Below, piece after piece: positions 38,284-47,520 of a DNA stretch of 64,000 nt. A program made the position numbers and the translations under genes. Every line of letters starts with the position of its first letter. The stretch's first letter is position 1. The notes beneath the pieces were generated by a model that saw nothing but the letters and a program-made list of their open reading frames with translations, did not search any database and was not told the DNA's origin. Source of the DNA: Patescibacteria group bacterium (GTDB taxonomy: Bacteria > Patescibacteriota > Patescibacteriia > JAQUQO01); the NCBI GenBank assembly GCA_028716045.1, contig JAQUQO010000001.1, forward strand, positions 798,343 through 862,342. Direction: 5' to 3'.

Positions 38284-39537
38284 ATGCAATACATTGCCGA
38301 TTTACATATTCATTCTAAATACTCCCGCGCCTGCTCTAAAGAACTGGAAGCGCCGATGATAGAAAAGTGGTGCAAAAAGAAGGGCGTGGCCATTATCGCC
38401 ACCAGTGATTTTACTCATCCGGCGTGGTTTAAGCATTTGCGGGAAAATTTGGAAGACGAGGGCAACGGCCTTTATGTTTTAAAAGGAAGCGACGGCAAAG
38501 TAAAATTTTTTTGCGCCACGGAAATTTCCTGCATTTATTCGCAGGGCGGCCAGACGCGCCGGTTGCACATTGTAGTTTTTGCTCCCTCGCTTGGAGTCGT
38601 GGAAAAAATAAATAAGGCGCTGGAAGCGCGCGGGTGTAATATCAAATCCGACGGCCGGCCGATTATTGGGTTGTCGGCCAAAGAGCTCGCCAAAATGGTT
38701 TTGGACATTGACCCCGCCTGCATGGTTATTCCGGCGCACGCTTGGACGCCGTGGTTCGCGGTTTTTGGCTCTAAATCCGGCTTTGATTCGCCGGAAGAAT
38801 GCTTTGAAGAGCTTACTCCGCAGATTTTTGCCATTGAAACCGGCCTTTCCAGCGACCCGGCCATGAATTGGCGCTGTTCCATGCTGGATAATATTACTTT
38901 AATCTCCAATTCCGACGCTCATTCGCCTTCTAACATTGCCCGCGAAGCTAATGTTTTTGATTTGGCCGAGCCAAGTTACAAAAATATCTGCGAGGCGATT
39001 AAATCTCATGACCCAAAAAAGTTTTTATACACCATTGAGTTTTATCCGGAAGAAGGGATGTATCATTTTGACGGCCATCGGGCCTGTGGAGTGAGTTTTG
39101 CTCCGGAGGAAACAAAAAAAAGGAGAAATCTTTGTCCGGAATGCGGCAAGGAGCTTACTATTGGCGTTTTGCACCGTGTGGATAACTTGGCAGACCAAAC
39201 CACGGAAAAGGGTCAAAAAGGCAAAATTCCGTTCAAAAGGTTGGTGGGGCTGGATGATGTTATTTCCGAAGCGCTTAATGTTAAGGGTAAAAAATCCAAG
39301 GCGGTGCTGGCCGAATACGAAAGTTTAATCGCTAAGGGCGGGAGTGAATTTAATGTGCTTTTAAATTTAAATTACGATGAACTGGCAAAAATTACTTTGC
39401 CAATGGTGGTGGAGGGTATCCGCCGCAATCGCGAAGGACGAGTTCAAATCAAACCCGGCTTTGACGGCCAATACGGCGAGGTGACGCTTTTTAGCGATAA
39501 AGAAAAATGTCTGGCGGAACAGAAAAAATTGTTCTAA
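38284..39537 (+). CDS. PHP-domain metal-dependent phosphoesterase with a C-terminal CxxC...C zinc ribbon.
   Basis: The N-terminal 'ADLHIHSKYS' is the HxH PHP motif, with further His/Asp residues downstream. 'CPECGKELTIGVLH' is also present. Confidence 0.55.
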   Translation: MQYIADLHIHSKYSRACSKELEAPMIEKWCKKKGVAIIATSDFTHPAWFKHLRENLEDEGNGLYVLKGSDGKVKFFCATEISCIYSQGGQTRRLHIVVFAPSLGVVEKINKALEARGCNIKSDGRPIIGLSAKELAKMVLDIDPACMVIPAHAWTPWFAVFGSKSGFDSPEECFEELTPQIFAIETGLSSDPAMNWRCSMLDNITLISNSDAHSPSNIAREANVFDLAEPSYKNICEAIKSHDPKKFLYTIEFYPEEGMYHFDGHRACGVSFAPEETKKRRNLCPECGKELTIGVLHRVDNLADQTTEKGQKGKIPFKRLVGLDDVISEALNVKGKKSKAVLAEYESLIAKGGSEFNVLLNLNYDELAKITLPMVVEGIRRNREGRVQIKPGFDGQYGEVTLFSDKEKCLAEQKKLF

Positions 39538-39564
39538 TTTTTGGCTAAGATAAAACAAAAATCC

Positions 39565-39603
39565 CCATAGTTCAATACTCGGGGATTTTTGTTTTTCGTT
39601 TTA
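39565..39603 (-). terminator. Intrinsic terminator for the small basic-protein gene, and possibly bidirectional for the PHP gene.
   Basis: aaaaatccccatagttcaatactcggggatttttgtttt. Confidence 0.55.
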
Positions 39604-39624
39604 AACTTAAAACAAAATTTAAGT

Positions 39625-39723
39625 TTATCTCCTTCTTTTTTTAGCAGCTTTTCTTTTTTTCGTGGCTTTTCTTTTCTTAGCCACCTTTTTTGTCTTCTTG
39701 GCTGCTTTTCTCTTTTTTGCCAT
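39625..39723 (-). CDS. Tiny Lys/Arg-rich protein of 32 aa (not in the ORF track).
   Basis: The minus strand reads ATGGCAAAAAAGAGAAAAGCAGCCAAG..., giving MAKKRKAAKKTKKVAKKRKATKKRKAAKKRRR*. A strong RBS GAAAGGAGGTG lies 7 nt upstream, and the terminator hairpin follows directly downstream. Confidence 0.45.
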   Translation of the reverse strand: MAKKRKAAKKTKKVAKKRKATKKRKAAKKRRR

Positions 39724-39904
39724 AGTTCTCACCTCCTTTCATATTTGAGATAGAAAATTTTTACCGCTTAATCGCGAAAAAATTTTTCTTAATAAAACTA
39801 AAGGGTAAGGAACGGGGATATTTTTTAATTTTTGAATTGAGAAACAACTTAATAATATCCACTAGTATTATTATAACACTTTTTTAGGCAAGCGGGAAGA
39901 GATT

Positions 39905-41140
39905 TTAGCGGTCAAGAAGATTTTTGGACGCAAGTTTGACGTTTTCAATTTTGCCCTTGAGATTTTTTCCCGACACCTTTTTGATTTTCAAAAAGTTTTC
40001 CAAGTGTCCGAACCAGATTTTTTTGATATTTCCTTCCCACAGCACGGAAAATTTTTTTTCCAGCAATTTTTTTTGCCAATTTTTTCTTAATTTTTTGTCC
40101 AGCGCCATTATTTTTACAAGCCGTCGGCGGATAATTTTTTTTGAAATTTGGTTGGGAAGTTTTTCGGCAGTCGTTCCGGGACGATTGGAATAAGGAAAGG
40201 CGTGGATTTTGAAAAAGCTGTTTTGGGTAATAAAATTCAGGGTTTTTTGAAAATCCCCCTCCGTTTCTCCCGGAAAACCCACAATAATATCGCAGGAAAA
40301 GCCAAAAAAGGGAATAATTCTTTGAAATTTTTTAATGTTTTCGGAAATTTTTTGGAGAGAACAGGGGCGAATCATTTTTTTAAGAATCTCCGCACTGCCG
40401 CTTTGAAGAGAAAGATGAACGTGCGGCAAGAGCCGGGGATTTTCCCAAAGCGCAATAATTTTGTCATTAATGAGCCGCGGGTCAAGCGAACCAAAGCGAA
40501 TTCTGGGAATGGCGGTTTCTTTAAGGATTTTTTTTATCAAAGCGGCGAAATCCGTCTTTTTATAGTTATATAAAAGGATATTAATGCCGGTTAAAGTTAT
40601 TTCCGGATAGCCTTCGTGTTCGCGGGCTTTGATTTTTTTAATAATAACCGCCGGCGCGACGCTTCGTGAGCGGCCACGCAAAAGGCGGGTGAGGCAGTAG
40701 GCGCAATTAAAATCGCACCCATCCTGGATTTTTACAAACGATTTAACGAGATATTTATTGTTATTTTGACGCCTTGCGACTGACCGGAGATTCGGCGAGA
40801 TATCGGATTTTTGTAGAGACGCGATTAATTGCGTCTTTACTTTACGAATGAAGCCCTGCCAATTTTTAAAATACCCGTCAATTTGGGGCTGTTTTTTGTC
40901 GCGCAGGCAGCCCAAAACGTAGATTTTAGCTCGCGGATTTCGGTTTTTAATTTGATTAAACATCCGTCGCGTATCGCGCTCCGCGCCGGCAGTCACCGAG
41001 CAGGAATTAATAATATAAATATCTGCCGGCTCTTTGGGGCCGACAAAAATCACACCTTTCTTTTGGGAAAGGTGGTCGCGCAATTCTTCAATTTCCGCTT
41101 GGTTGGCCCGGCAACCAAGCGCGCGCAGAGAGATTCGCAT
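39905..41140 (-). CDS. MiaB/RimO/MtaB-family radical-SAM methylthiotransferase.
   Basis: It has an N-terminal MTTase domain with Cys residues, the radical SAM motif 'CDFNCAYC' and a TRAM-like C-terminus. Confidence 0.8.
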   Translation of the reverse strand: MRISLRALGCRANQAEIEELRDHLSQKKGVIFVGPKEPADIYIINSCSVTAGAERDTRRMFNQIKNRNPRAKIYVLGCLRDKKQPQIDGYFKNWQGFIRKVKTQLIASLQKSDISPNLRSVARRQNNNKYLVKSFVKIQDGCDFNCAYCLTRLLRGRSRSVAPAVIIKKIKAREHEGYPEITLTGINILLYNYKKTDFAALIKKILKETAIPRIRFGSLDPRLINDKIIALWENPRLLPHVHLSLQSGSAEILKKMIRPCSLQKISENIKKFQRIIPFFGFSCDIIVGFPGETEGDFQKTLNFITQNSFFKIHAFPYSNRPGTTAEKLPNQISKKIIRRRLVKIMALDKKLRKNWQKKLLEKKFSVLWEGNIKKIWFGHLENFLKIKKVSGKNLKGKIENVKLASKNLLDR

Positions 41141-41207
41141 ACTTAATTATAGAAACATAAAATATTATGTCCGAGTATCCGTTTAAATTGATAGATTTTT
41201 AAAGTAT

Positions 41208-41236
41208 TTGACAAAAAAATGTTATGGGTGTATATT
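41208..41236 (+). promoter_or_regulatory. Sigma70-type promoter (TTGACA-17-TATATT) for the DUF5320/DUF134 pair.
   Basis: It is followed by an 8-bp hairpin ATAGATAG/CTATCTAT in the 5-prime UTR and the RBS AAGGGGGTG. Confidence 0.5.
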
Positions 41237-41297
41237 CATAATAGATAGTGGATAAAGGCCGAGCTATCTATTAAAATTAAGAAAGGGGGTGAATAAT

Positions 41298-41537
41298 ATG
41301 CCAAAATTAGATGGAACTGGCCCAATGGGGCAAGGCGCTGGAACCGGACGAGGATTAGGCCCTTGCGGAGGCGGGATGAAACGAGGTTGGGGTTGCTGGG
41401 GCAGAGGTTTAGGATTTAGGAGATTTATTTCTCCTAAAAATGAACTGGCTGCCCTGAAAGATGAAGAAAAAATACTTGAGGAAGAATTGGCGGCGATCAA
41501 AGAAGAAAAAGCAGCCCTAAAAGACCAGCAAAAGTAA
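41298..41537 (+). CDS. Gly/Arg-rich small protein (DUF5320-like) with a C-terminal coiled coil.
   Basis: 'MPKLDGTGPMGQGAGTGRGLGPCGGGM' resembles the N-terminus of DUF5320 proteins that pair with DUF134. A terminator lies at 41536-41570. Confidence 0.45.
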   Translation: MPKLDGTGPMGQGAGTGRGLGPCGGGMKRGWGCWGRGLGFRRFISPKNELAALKDEEKILEEELAAIKEEKAALKDQQK

Positions 41538-41636
41538 AAGAAGGCACGGGACTGGCCCTTCGTTTTTGGCGGAGGGCCGAGTGGCCTTCTCTTACATAAG
41601 AGAGAATAACAAATTTATTATAATTTTTCAATATCT

Positions 41637-41912
41637 ATGCCGCGACCGAGACTTTGCAGAAAAATAATGTTTGATCCCAAGATAACTTATTTTAAACCCC
41701 AAGGCGTGCCTATGAGGTTTCTTGAGATTGCGGAATTAACAACCGAAGAAATGGAATCTTTCCGCTTGCGCCATATCAATGATTTAGAACAAAAAGAAGC
41801 CGCTAAAAAAATGCATACTTCCCAAAGTACATATCAAAGGATACTATATTCGGCGTATAAAAAAATCGCCGATGCTTTAATAAATGGGAAAGCAATTAAA
41901 ATAATAAAATAA
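41637..41912 (+). CDS. DUF134 (UPF0251) predicted DNA-binding protein.
   Basis: 'MPRPRLCRKI...FKPQGVP...LTTEEMESFRLRHINDLEQKEAAKKM.TSQSTYQRIL..AYKKIADALINGKAIKI' fits the DUF134 pattern. Confidence 0.65.
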   Translation: MPRPRLCRKIMFDPKITYFKPQGVPMRFLEIAELTTEEMESFRLRHINDLEQKEAAKKMHTSQSTYQRILYSAYKKIADALINGKAIKIIK

Positions 41913-41915
41913 AAT

Positions 41916-43019
41916 ATGAAAATCAAGGCGCTGCTGTTAATTTTTTTCTTTCTTTTGTTGCCCGCAGCATTATTTGCTCAAAATAACCCAGAACAAAAAG
42001 AGGAAGAAATTTTTAAAGCTCGGGTGGTTGATATTCTTGAACAAAAAAATGTTACTCGTGATGATGGTTCAATTTCAACTCAACAAAAATTGAAACTTAA
42101 GGGGCTGGGAGAAGATTGGAAAGATAAAGAAATAATTTTTGACGGAATAGGATTTGATGTTTTGTCAGCCAGTGAATATAAAGTCGGGGACAAGGTATTA
42201 GTCAATTATAGTCCCGGACTGGAGGGGGAGGAAAATTTTTATGTGATCGGTTTTTCCCGCACTCGTCCTGTTTATTGGTTGGTGTTCTTGTTTGCCTTGA
42301 TTGTAACAGCAGTCGGCAGATTAAAAGGATTCCGGGCGCTGATTGTCTTGTTGCTGACTTTTTTAATCATTTTAAAATTCATTGTTCCAAAAATATTATC
42401 CGGCAGCAACCCGCTTTTAATTAGTATTATTGGTTCGTTCTTTATTTTAATTTTGGCTGTTTATATCACAGAAGGATTTAAACGGACATCAACAGTCGCT
42501 ATTTTTTCCATCTTAATTTCTCTAATAATTACTGGCTTGTTATCTGTCTGGTTTTCAGCCATAACAAAATTGACGGGATTTGCCAGTGAGGAAGCGGCAT
42601 ACTTAATCGAATTATCGGGCGGCGATATAAATATTAAAGGTCTCTTGCTCGCGGGAATTATTATCGGAGCACTCGGCGTTTTAGATGACGTAATTATTTC
42701 TCAAGTGGCGTTAGTTAAGGAATTGAGAATTTTGAACCCGCAACTGGCAAAAATCCAAATTTACCGCCAAGCCATGAGAGTTGGAATCTCACACTTGAGT
42801 TCAATGGTTAATACTTTGTTTTTAGCTTATGCTGGAGCTTCTTTGCCCCTACTTATTTTATTTAGCGTAAAACAACCGCCATTTTTAACTTTTAATCAAG
42901 TGATAGACAACGAAATGATTGCCACGGAAATTGTCAGAACTTTTACTGGCAGTATTGGATTGGTTTTAGCCGTTCCAATCGCGACATTTTTAGCCGTTCA
43001 GTTTATAAAAAACAAATAG
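41916..43019 (+). CDS. YibE/F-family integral membrane protein.
   Basis: A signal peptide and an extracytoplasmic N-terminal domain are followed by the polytopic YibE/F region (GVLDDVIISQV...). Confidence 0.7.
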   Translation: MKIKALLLIFFFLLLPAALFAQNNPEQKEEEIFKARVVDILEQKNVTRDDGSISTQQKLKLKGLGEDWKDKEIIFDGIGFDVLSASEYKVGDKVLVNYSPGLEGEENFYVIGFSRTRPVYWLVFLFALIVTAVGRLKGFRALIVLLLTFLIILKFIVPKILSGSNPLLISIIGSFFILILAVYITEGFKRTSTVAIFSILISLIITGLLSVWFSAITKLTGFASEEAAYLIELSGGDINIKGLLLAGIIIGALGVLDDVIISQVALVKELRILNPQLAKIQIYRQAMRVGISHLSSMVNTLFLAYAGASLPLLILFSVKQPPFLTFNQVIDNEMIATEIVRTFTGSIGLVLAVPIATFLAVQFIKNK

Positions 43020-43042
43020 CTATTAATAGCTATTTGTTTTTT
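43010..43042 (+). terminator. Intrinsic terminator after the YibE/F gene.
   Basis: aaatagctat-taa-tagctattt followed by gtttttt. Confidence 0.55.
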
Positions 43043-43071
43043 CAACCCCTCAAGGGGCGACTAATTCAATA

Positions 43072-43147
43072 TGGTGGACCCGAGCGGATTCGAACCGCTT
43101 ACCTCCTCATTGCAAATGAGGCGTTCTACCAACTGAACTACGGGCCC
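43072..43147 (-). tRNA. tRNA-Ala (anticodon TGC) with encoded CCA.
   Basis: The reverse complement reads GGGCCCGTAGTTCAGTTGGTAGAACGCCTCATTTGCAATGAGGAGGTAAGCGGTTCGAATCCGCTCGGGTCCACCA. It has the G3:U70 Ala identity pair and a 76-nt cloverleaf. Confidence 0.9.
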
Positions 43148-43308
43148 AAAATCAACCAACAACTAACAACTTTGAGCATTTTGTTTTTTAAATATGTATA
43201 TTATAGCAGTAAAAGCGCGAATTGTCAATGCGCTTGACAGCCGTGGCTTTTTATAATAAAATGTTTTCTAAGTTTGTTCTGTGGGCAATTTAACAAAAGG
43301 AGGCAGAA

Positions 43309-43818
43309 ATGAAAGAGAAAAAATCGAGGTGCAAAGTTTCTTCGTTCGAGGAACTGTTTTTTATCCAAAATAAGTTGCTCCGCTGGAAAAGTCGTAGCTG
43401 CAAGCCAGACGGTTTACCCAAAGTTTTAAATAAATTTCTTCCGATGTGGAAGAAAAAGGTGAACCAGGCAGCTGTCATTGAATTTTACAAGAGTTTTTTC
43501 GGAGTAATCAGTGGGGAGATGCACAGATTGAAAGTGAAGGCGGTTTTAATTAGGCCGTCAGAAAAAGTTCCGTTTTTTGAATTTTTTGCACTGGAAGTTC
43601 GGAGAAAAAACGGAACCAATAATACAAAATCACTGGGCTTTAAGTTCGGAGAAAAAATCAACAAGACCAAATTAAAGCCCAATAGTGATTATGCCCAGAA
43701 AGAAATTTTTTTGCGTTTCGGAGTAGCTTCGCTTTTGAATCTGGACGCTTCAGACACCCCGATTTTCGGCTTGAGAGTTGCCCCGCACGATGGCCACAGC
43801 GCCAAGATATTTTTTTGA
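43309..43818 (+). CDS. Hypothetical protein.
   Basis: A 169-aa ORF behind an AAAGGAGG RBS, with no recognisable domain. Confidence 0.4.
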   Translation: MKEKKSRCKVSSFEELFFIQNKLLRWKSRSCKPDGLPKVLNKFLPMWKKKVNQAAVIEFYKSFFGVISGEMHRLKVKAVLIRPSEKVPFFEFFALEVRRKNGTNNTKSLGFKFGEKINKTKLKPNSDYAQKEIFLRFGVASLLNLDASDTPIFGLRVAPHDGHSAKIFF

Positions 43819-43883
43819 TTTTATTCACCAAGCCCGTCCCGACAAAATATCGGAACGGGCTTTTTTTATGACTAGTTAACCGA

Positions 43884-44294
43884 TTAGACAGTCGGCGTTT
43901 CTTTTTTACCTTTCCACAAAAAGCTGATGCCGCAAACATCTTTAGCTTTGGCGGCAAAATAAACAGACAATAAAAGCAGCAGAGAATTATATTCTATACT
44001 GATGGTCGGCAGAACCACTTTTTCGCTCAACAGTCCGGCTAAAATTACCGCCACCATTTCTAAGGCAAAAAGCGAACCGATAACTTTAACCCCCAAGCCA
44101 AGGAGTAGGAGCGCCCCGCCGATAATTTCAAAGTAAGCCAAGATCGTCGCCATAATAAGGGGCAGGGGGATAGAAATTAGTTCCAGCAGACCGCTAAACT
44201 CGGATAGGTTAGTGGCCTTGCTGATTCCGTGGAGAATAAAAATCAACCCCACAAAAACGCGCAATAAGAGCAGGATAATGTCCGGCAAGCGCAT
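43884..44294 (-). CDS. DoxX-family membrane protein.
   Basis: 'LLLLRVFVGLIFILHGISK' and a four-TM layout fit DoxX. The start is taken at MRLPDIILL, the internal Met of the track ORF. Confidence 0.55.
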   Translation of the reverse strand: MRLPDIILLLLRVFVGLIFILHGISKATNLSEFSGLLELISIPLPLIMATILAYFEIIGGALLLLGLGVKVIGSLFALEMVAVILAGLLSEKVVLPTISIEYNSLLLLLSVYFAAKAKDVCGISFLWKGKKETPTV

Positions 44295-44608
44295 CCCGCA
44301 CTTTGAGCTTTCGCATTTAAACATAGGTTTTGCTTATTTAATTAGGATTATTTTATTATAGCATATTTTATTGACTAAAAACCATTTATTTGTTAAGCTA
44401 AAAATACAATTTTAAAAGCGTTTAATCCCGGTAATCGTCGGGAAAGCTTTCGGAAGAAATCCGTTGATGAAGCGGAAAGTAGAACCGAACGGGCGGCCCG
44501 TTATAGCTCCCAATTAAGCATAATGCCGAGATGGTACCTCCCGAGCGTTCGGGATCTTGGTAACAAGTCGGCTTTTTTGTTTAATTAATTTTAGTAGATA
44601 ATAAAATT

Positions 44609-47506
44609 ATGTCAGAAGGTAAAATAAAGAAATCATTTCCCGAAATTGAAGAAGAAATACTCAAGTTTTGGGAAGAAAATAAAACTTTTGAGAAATCCGT
44701 GGCGCAAAGAGATGAAAAAAATCTTTACGTTTTTTATGATGGTCCGCCGTTCGCCACCGGCCTGCCCCACTACGGGCATATTGTGGCCGGAACCATGAAA
44801 GACGTGGTGCCGCGCTATTGGACGATGAGGGGCAAACGCGTGGAGCGCCGCTGGGGGTGGGATTGCCATGGTTTGCCGATTGAGAACATTGTGGAAAAAG
44901 AATTAAATTTAAAAAGCCGTAAGGATATTGAAGCGCTCGGCGTGGCTAAATTCAATGAGGCCTGTCGCAGCAAGGTTTTGATGTACGCCGATGAATGGAA
45001 AAAAATCGTCAAACGGCTGGGGCGTTGGGTGGACATGGAAAACGATTACAAAACCATGGACGTTTCTTTTATGGAATCCGTCTGGTGGGTGTTTAAAAGT
45101 TTATGGGAGAAGGGTTTGGTTTACGAGGGTTATAAAAGTATGCACATTTGTCCGCGCTGCGAGACCACTTTAAGCAACATAGAAGTAAGCGATGGTTATA
45201 AAGATATCAGCGATATTTCCGTCATAGTTAAATTCAAATTAGTCGGAGAAAAAAATGTCTATGCTTTAGCGTGGACTACCACTCCCTGGACTTTGCCGGG
45301 CAACGTGGCTTTGGCCGTGGGAGCCGATATAGATTACGCCAAAGTAAAAATAGGCGGAGAGTTTTATATTTTAGCCACGGAACTTTTAGAAGAAGTTTTA
45401 AACGGCAAAAAGTACGAGGTCACGGAAAGAATGAAGGGCAAGGATTTGGAAAATAAAAAATATGAACCGTTATTTCCATTCTTTTTGGATAAAGATTTAC
45501 CCCATAAAGATAATTTGTATAAAATTGTCACCGCCGGATTCGTTTCCACCGACGACGGTACGGGCATTGTCCATATCGCGCCGGCTTTTGGCGAAGACGA
45601 TATGAATTTAGGTCGCGAGAAAAATTTATCTTTTATTCAGCATGTCAAAACCGATGGACGTTTTACCGATGATATCACCCCTTGGGCCGGCAGGGAAGTA
45701 AAACCCAAAGTTGACCCGACGGGCACCGATGCTTTAGTGGTGGAGTATTTAGCCAAAGCTGGTCTGCTTTTTTCCCAGCAAAGATACGAGCATAGTTATC
45801 CTCATTGCTGGCGTTGTGAATCTCCGCTGTTGAATTATGCAGCTTCTTCCTGGTTTATTAAAGTGACGGCCGTCGAAGAAGAGATGTTAAAATTAGCCAA
45901 AGAAATTAATTGGGTGCCGGCGCATTTAAAGGAAGGCCGATTCGGGCAGTGGTTGGAAAGCACCAAAGATTGGTCAATCTCCCGCTCGCGCTATTGGGGT
46001 AACCCTATGCCGGTTTGGAGATGCGATTCCTGTAAAAAAATCAGAGTTATTGGCAGCAAAGAAGAGCTGGAAAAATTAAGTCAGAAGAAGGTTTCCGACA
46101 TCCATAAGCATTTTATTGATGAAATAACGTTTAAATGTGAAAAGTGTTCCGGTCAAATGCGCCGCATCCCGGAGGTCTTTGATTGCTGGGTGGAAAGCGG
46201 TTCTATGCCCTATGGACAGATGCATTATCCCTTTGAGAACAAAAAGAAATTTGAAGAAAATTTTCCCGCCGAGTTTATCGGCGAAGGGGTTGACCAGACG
46301 CGCGGTTGGTTTTATACGCTTCATGTTTTAAGCACGGCGCTTTTTGCCCGGCCGGCCTACAAAAACGTTATTGCTAACGGCATTGTGCTGGCGGAAGACG
46401 GGCAAAAGATGTCCAAAAGTAAAAATAATTACCCCGACCCCATGGCCTTAGTGAATAAATATGGCGCTGACGCTTTGCGTTATTATCTGACCACTTCGGC
46501 GGTGATGAAAGCCGAGGATTTGTGTTTTTCCGAAAAGCAGGTGGATGAGGTTTATAAAAAAGTGATTTTGATTTTGGAGAACGTTCTTAGTTTTTATGAG
46601 ATGTATAAGGAAAAAAAGATTAAAGAGGTGAAGAGCAGACATATTTTGGACCGTTGGGTTTTATCCAAGGTTAACGAATTAGTCCGCGATGTTACCGTTG
46701 CCATGGAAGCGTATGATTTGCCGGCGGCCGCCAAACCCATCGCAGAGTTTATTAACGAGCTTTCCACCTGGTATATCCGCCGCAGTCGGGACCGTTTTAA
46801 ATCCGCGGACTCTGAAGATAAAAAAGCGGCCTTAAGCACACTGGATACCATTTTAAAAAAGTTGGCTTTGGTGGCAGCGCCTTTTACTCCCTTTTTAGCC
46901 GAAGAAATTTGGCGAAAGGTCGGGAATAAAGAGTCGGTTCATTTGGAGAAGTGGCCGGAAAGTGGAGAAATTTTGCCGGAAGTTTTGGAGCAAATGGGAA
47001 AAGTTAAAAAAATAGTGGAAGAAGTTTTGGCCGGCCGCGACGAGGTGGGCATCAAAATCAGACAGCCGCTCGCCGAACTGGTTATTGCCGAAAAAATAGG
47101 CGAAGAATATCTGGAGATATTAAAAGACGAAGTGAATGTTAAAACCGTGAAGATGGTGGCTAAGGACGAGCTTCCTAAGGGAGAAAAGTGGCTGGAGAAA
47201 GCGGGGATTTTTTCGCTTAATCTGGAAATCTCCGAGGAGTTGAAAAAAGAAGGCCTCATCAGGGATTTGACGAGGCAGGTGAATGCTTTGCGCAAAAAAG
47301 CGGGGCTGACCATCAAAGACCAGGTGGATATTTTTTATGAGACCGTGGACGAACTGATAATGGGAGCAATTGCTGACCATGAAGAGAAATTGAAAAATGA
47401 TACCTTGTCCCGAGCCATTAAGCCCGGCAAGGGGGATTTTGACGCCGAAGCGGAATTGGAGCTTAACGGCGCCAAGTTTTGGCTGGGCATTAAAAAGTTT
47501 AATTAA
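44609..47506 (+). CDS. ileS: Isoleucyl-tRNA synthetase, type 2 (eukaryote/archaeal-like).
   Basis: 'YDGPPFATGLPHYGHI' is the type-2 IleRS HIGH region. 'KMSKSKNN' and an editing CP1 domain are present, along with a C-terminal Zn-binding 'CxxC...CxxC'. Confidence 0.85.
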   Translation: MSEGKIKKSFPEIEEEILKFWEENKTFEKSVAQRDEKNLYVFYDGPPFATGLPHYGHIVAGTMKDVVPRYWTMRGKRVERRWGWDCHGLPIENIVEKELNLKSRKDIEALGVAKFNEACRSKVLMYADEWKKIVKRLGRWVDMENDYKTMDVSFMESVWWVFKSLWEKGLVYEGYKSMHICPRCETTLSNIEVSDGYKDISDISVIVKFKLVGEKNVYALAWTTTPWTLPGNVALAVGADIDYAKVKIGGEFYILATELLEEVLNGKKYEVTERMKGKDLENKKYEPLFPFFLDKDLPHKDNLYKIVTAGFVSTDDGTGIVHIAPAFGEDDMNLGREKNLSFIQHVKTDGRFTDDITPWAGREVKPKVDPTGTDALVVEYLAKAGLLFSQQRYEHSYPHCWRCESPLLNYAASSWFIKVTAVEEEMLKLAKEINWVPAHLKEGRFGQWLESTKDWSISRSRYWGNPMPVWRCDSCKKIRVIGSKEELEKLSQKKVSDIHKHFIDEITFKCEKCSGQMRRIPEVFDCWVESGSMPYGQMHYPFENKKKFEENFPAEFIGEGVDQTRGWFYTLHVLSTALFARPAYKNVIANGIVLAEDGQKMSKSKNNYPDPMALVNKYGADALRYYLTTSAVMKAEDLCFSEKQVDEVYKKVILILENVLSFYEMYKEKKIKEVKSRHILDRWVLSKVNELVRDVTVAMEAYDLPAAAKPIAEFINELSTWYIRRSRDRFKSADSEDKKAALSTLDTILKKLALVAAPFTPFLAEEIWRKVGNKESVHLEKWPESGEILPEVLEQMGKVKKIVEEVLAGRDEVGIKIRQPLAELVIAEKIGEEYLEILKDEVNVKTVKMVAKDELPKGEKWLEKAGIFSLNLEISEELKKEGLIRDLTRQVNALRKKAGLTIKDQVDIFYETVDELIMGAIADHEEKLKNDTLSRAIKPGKGDFDAEAELELNGAKFWLGIKKFN

Positions 47507-47520
47507 AATAAGTTACCTCT

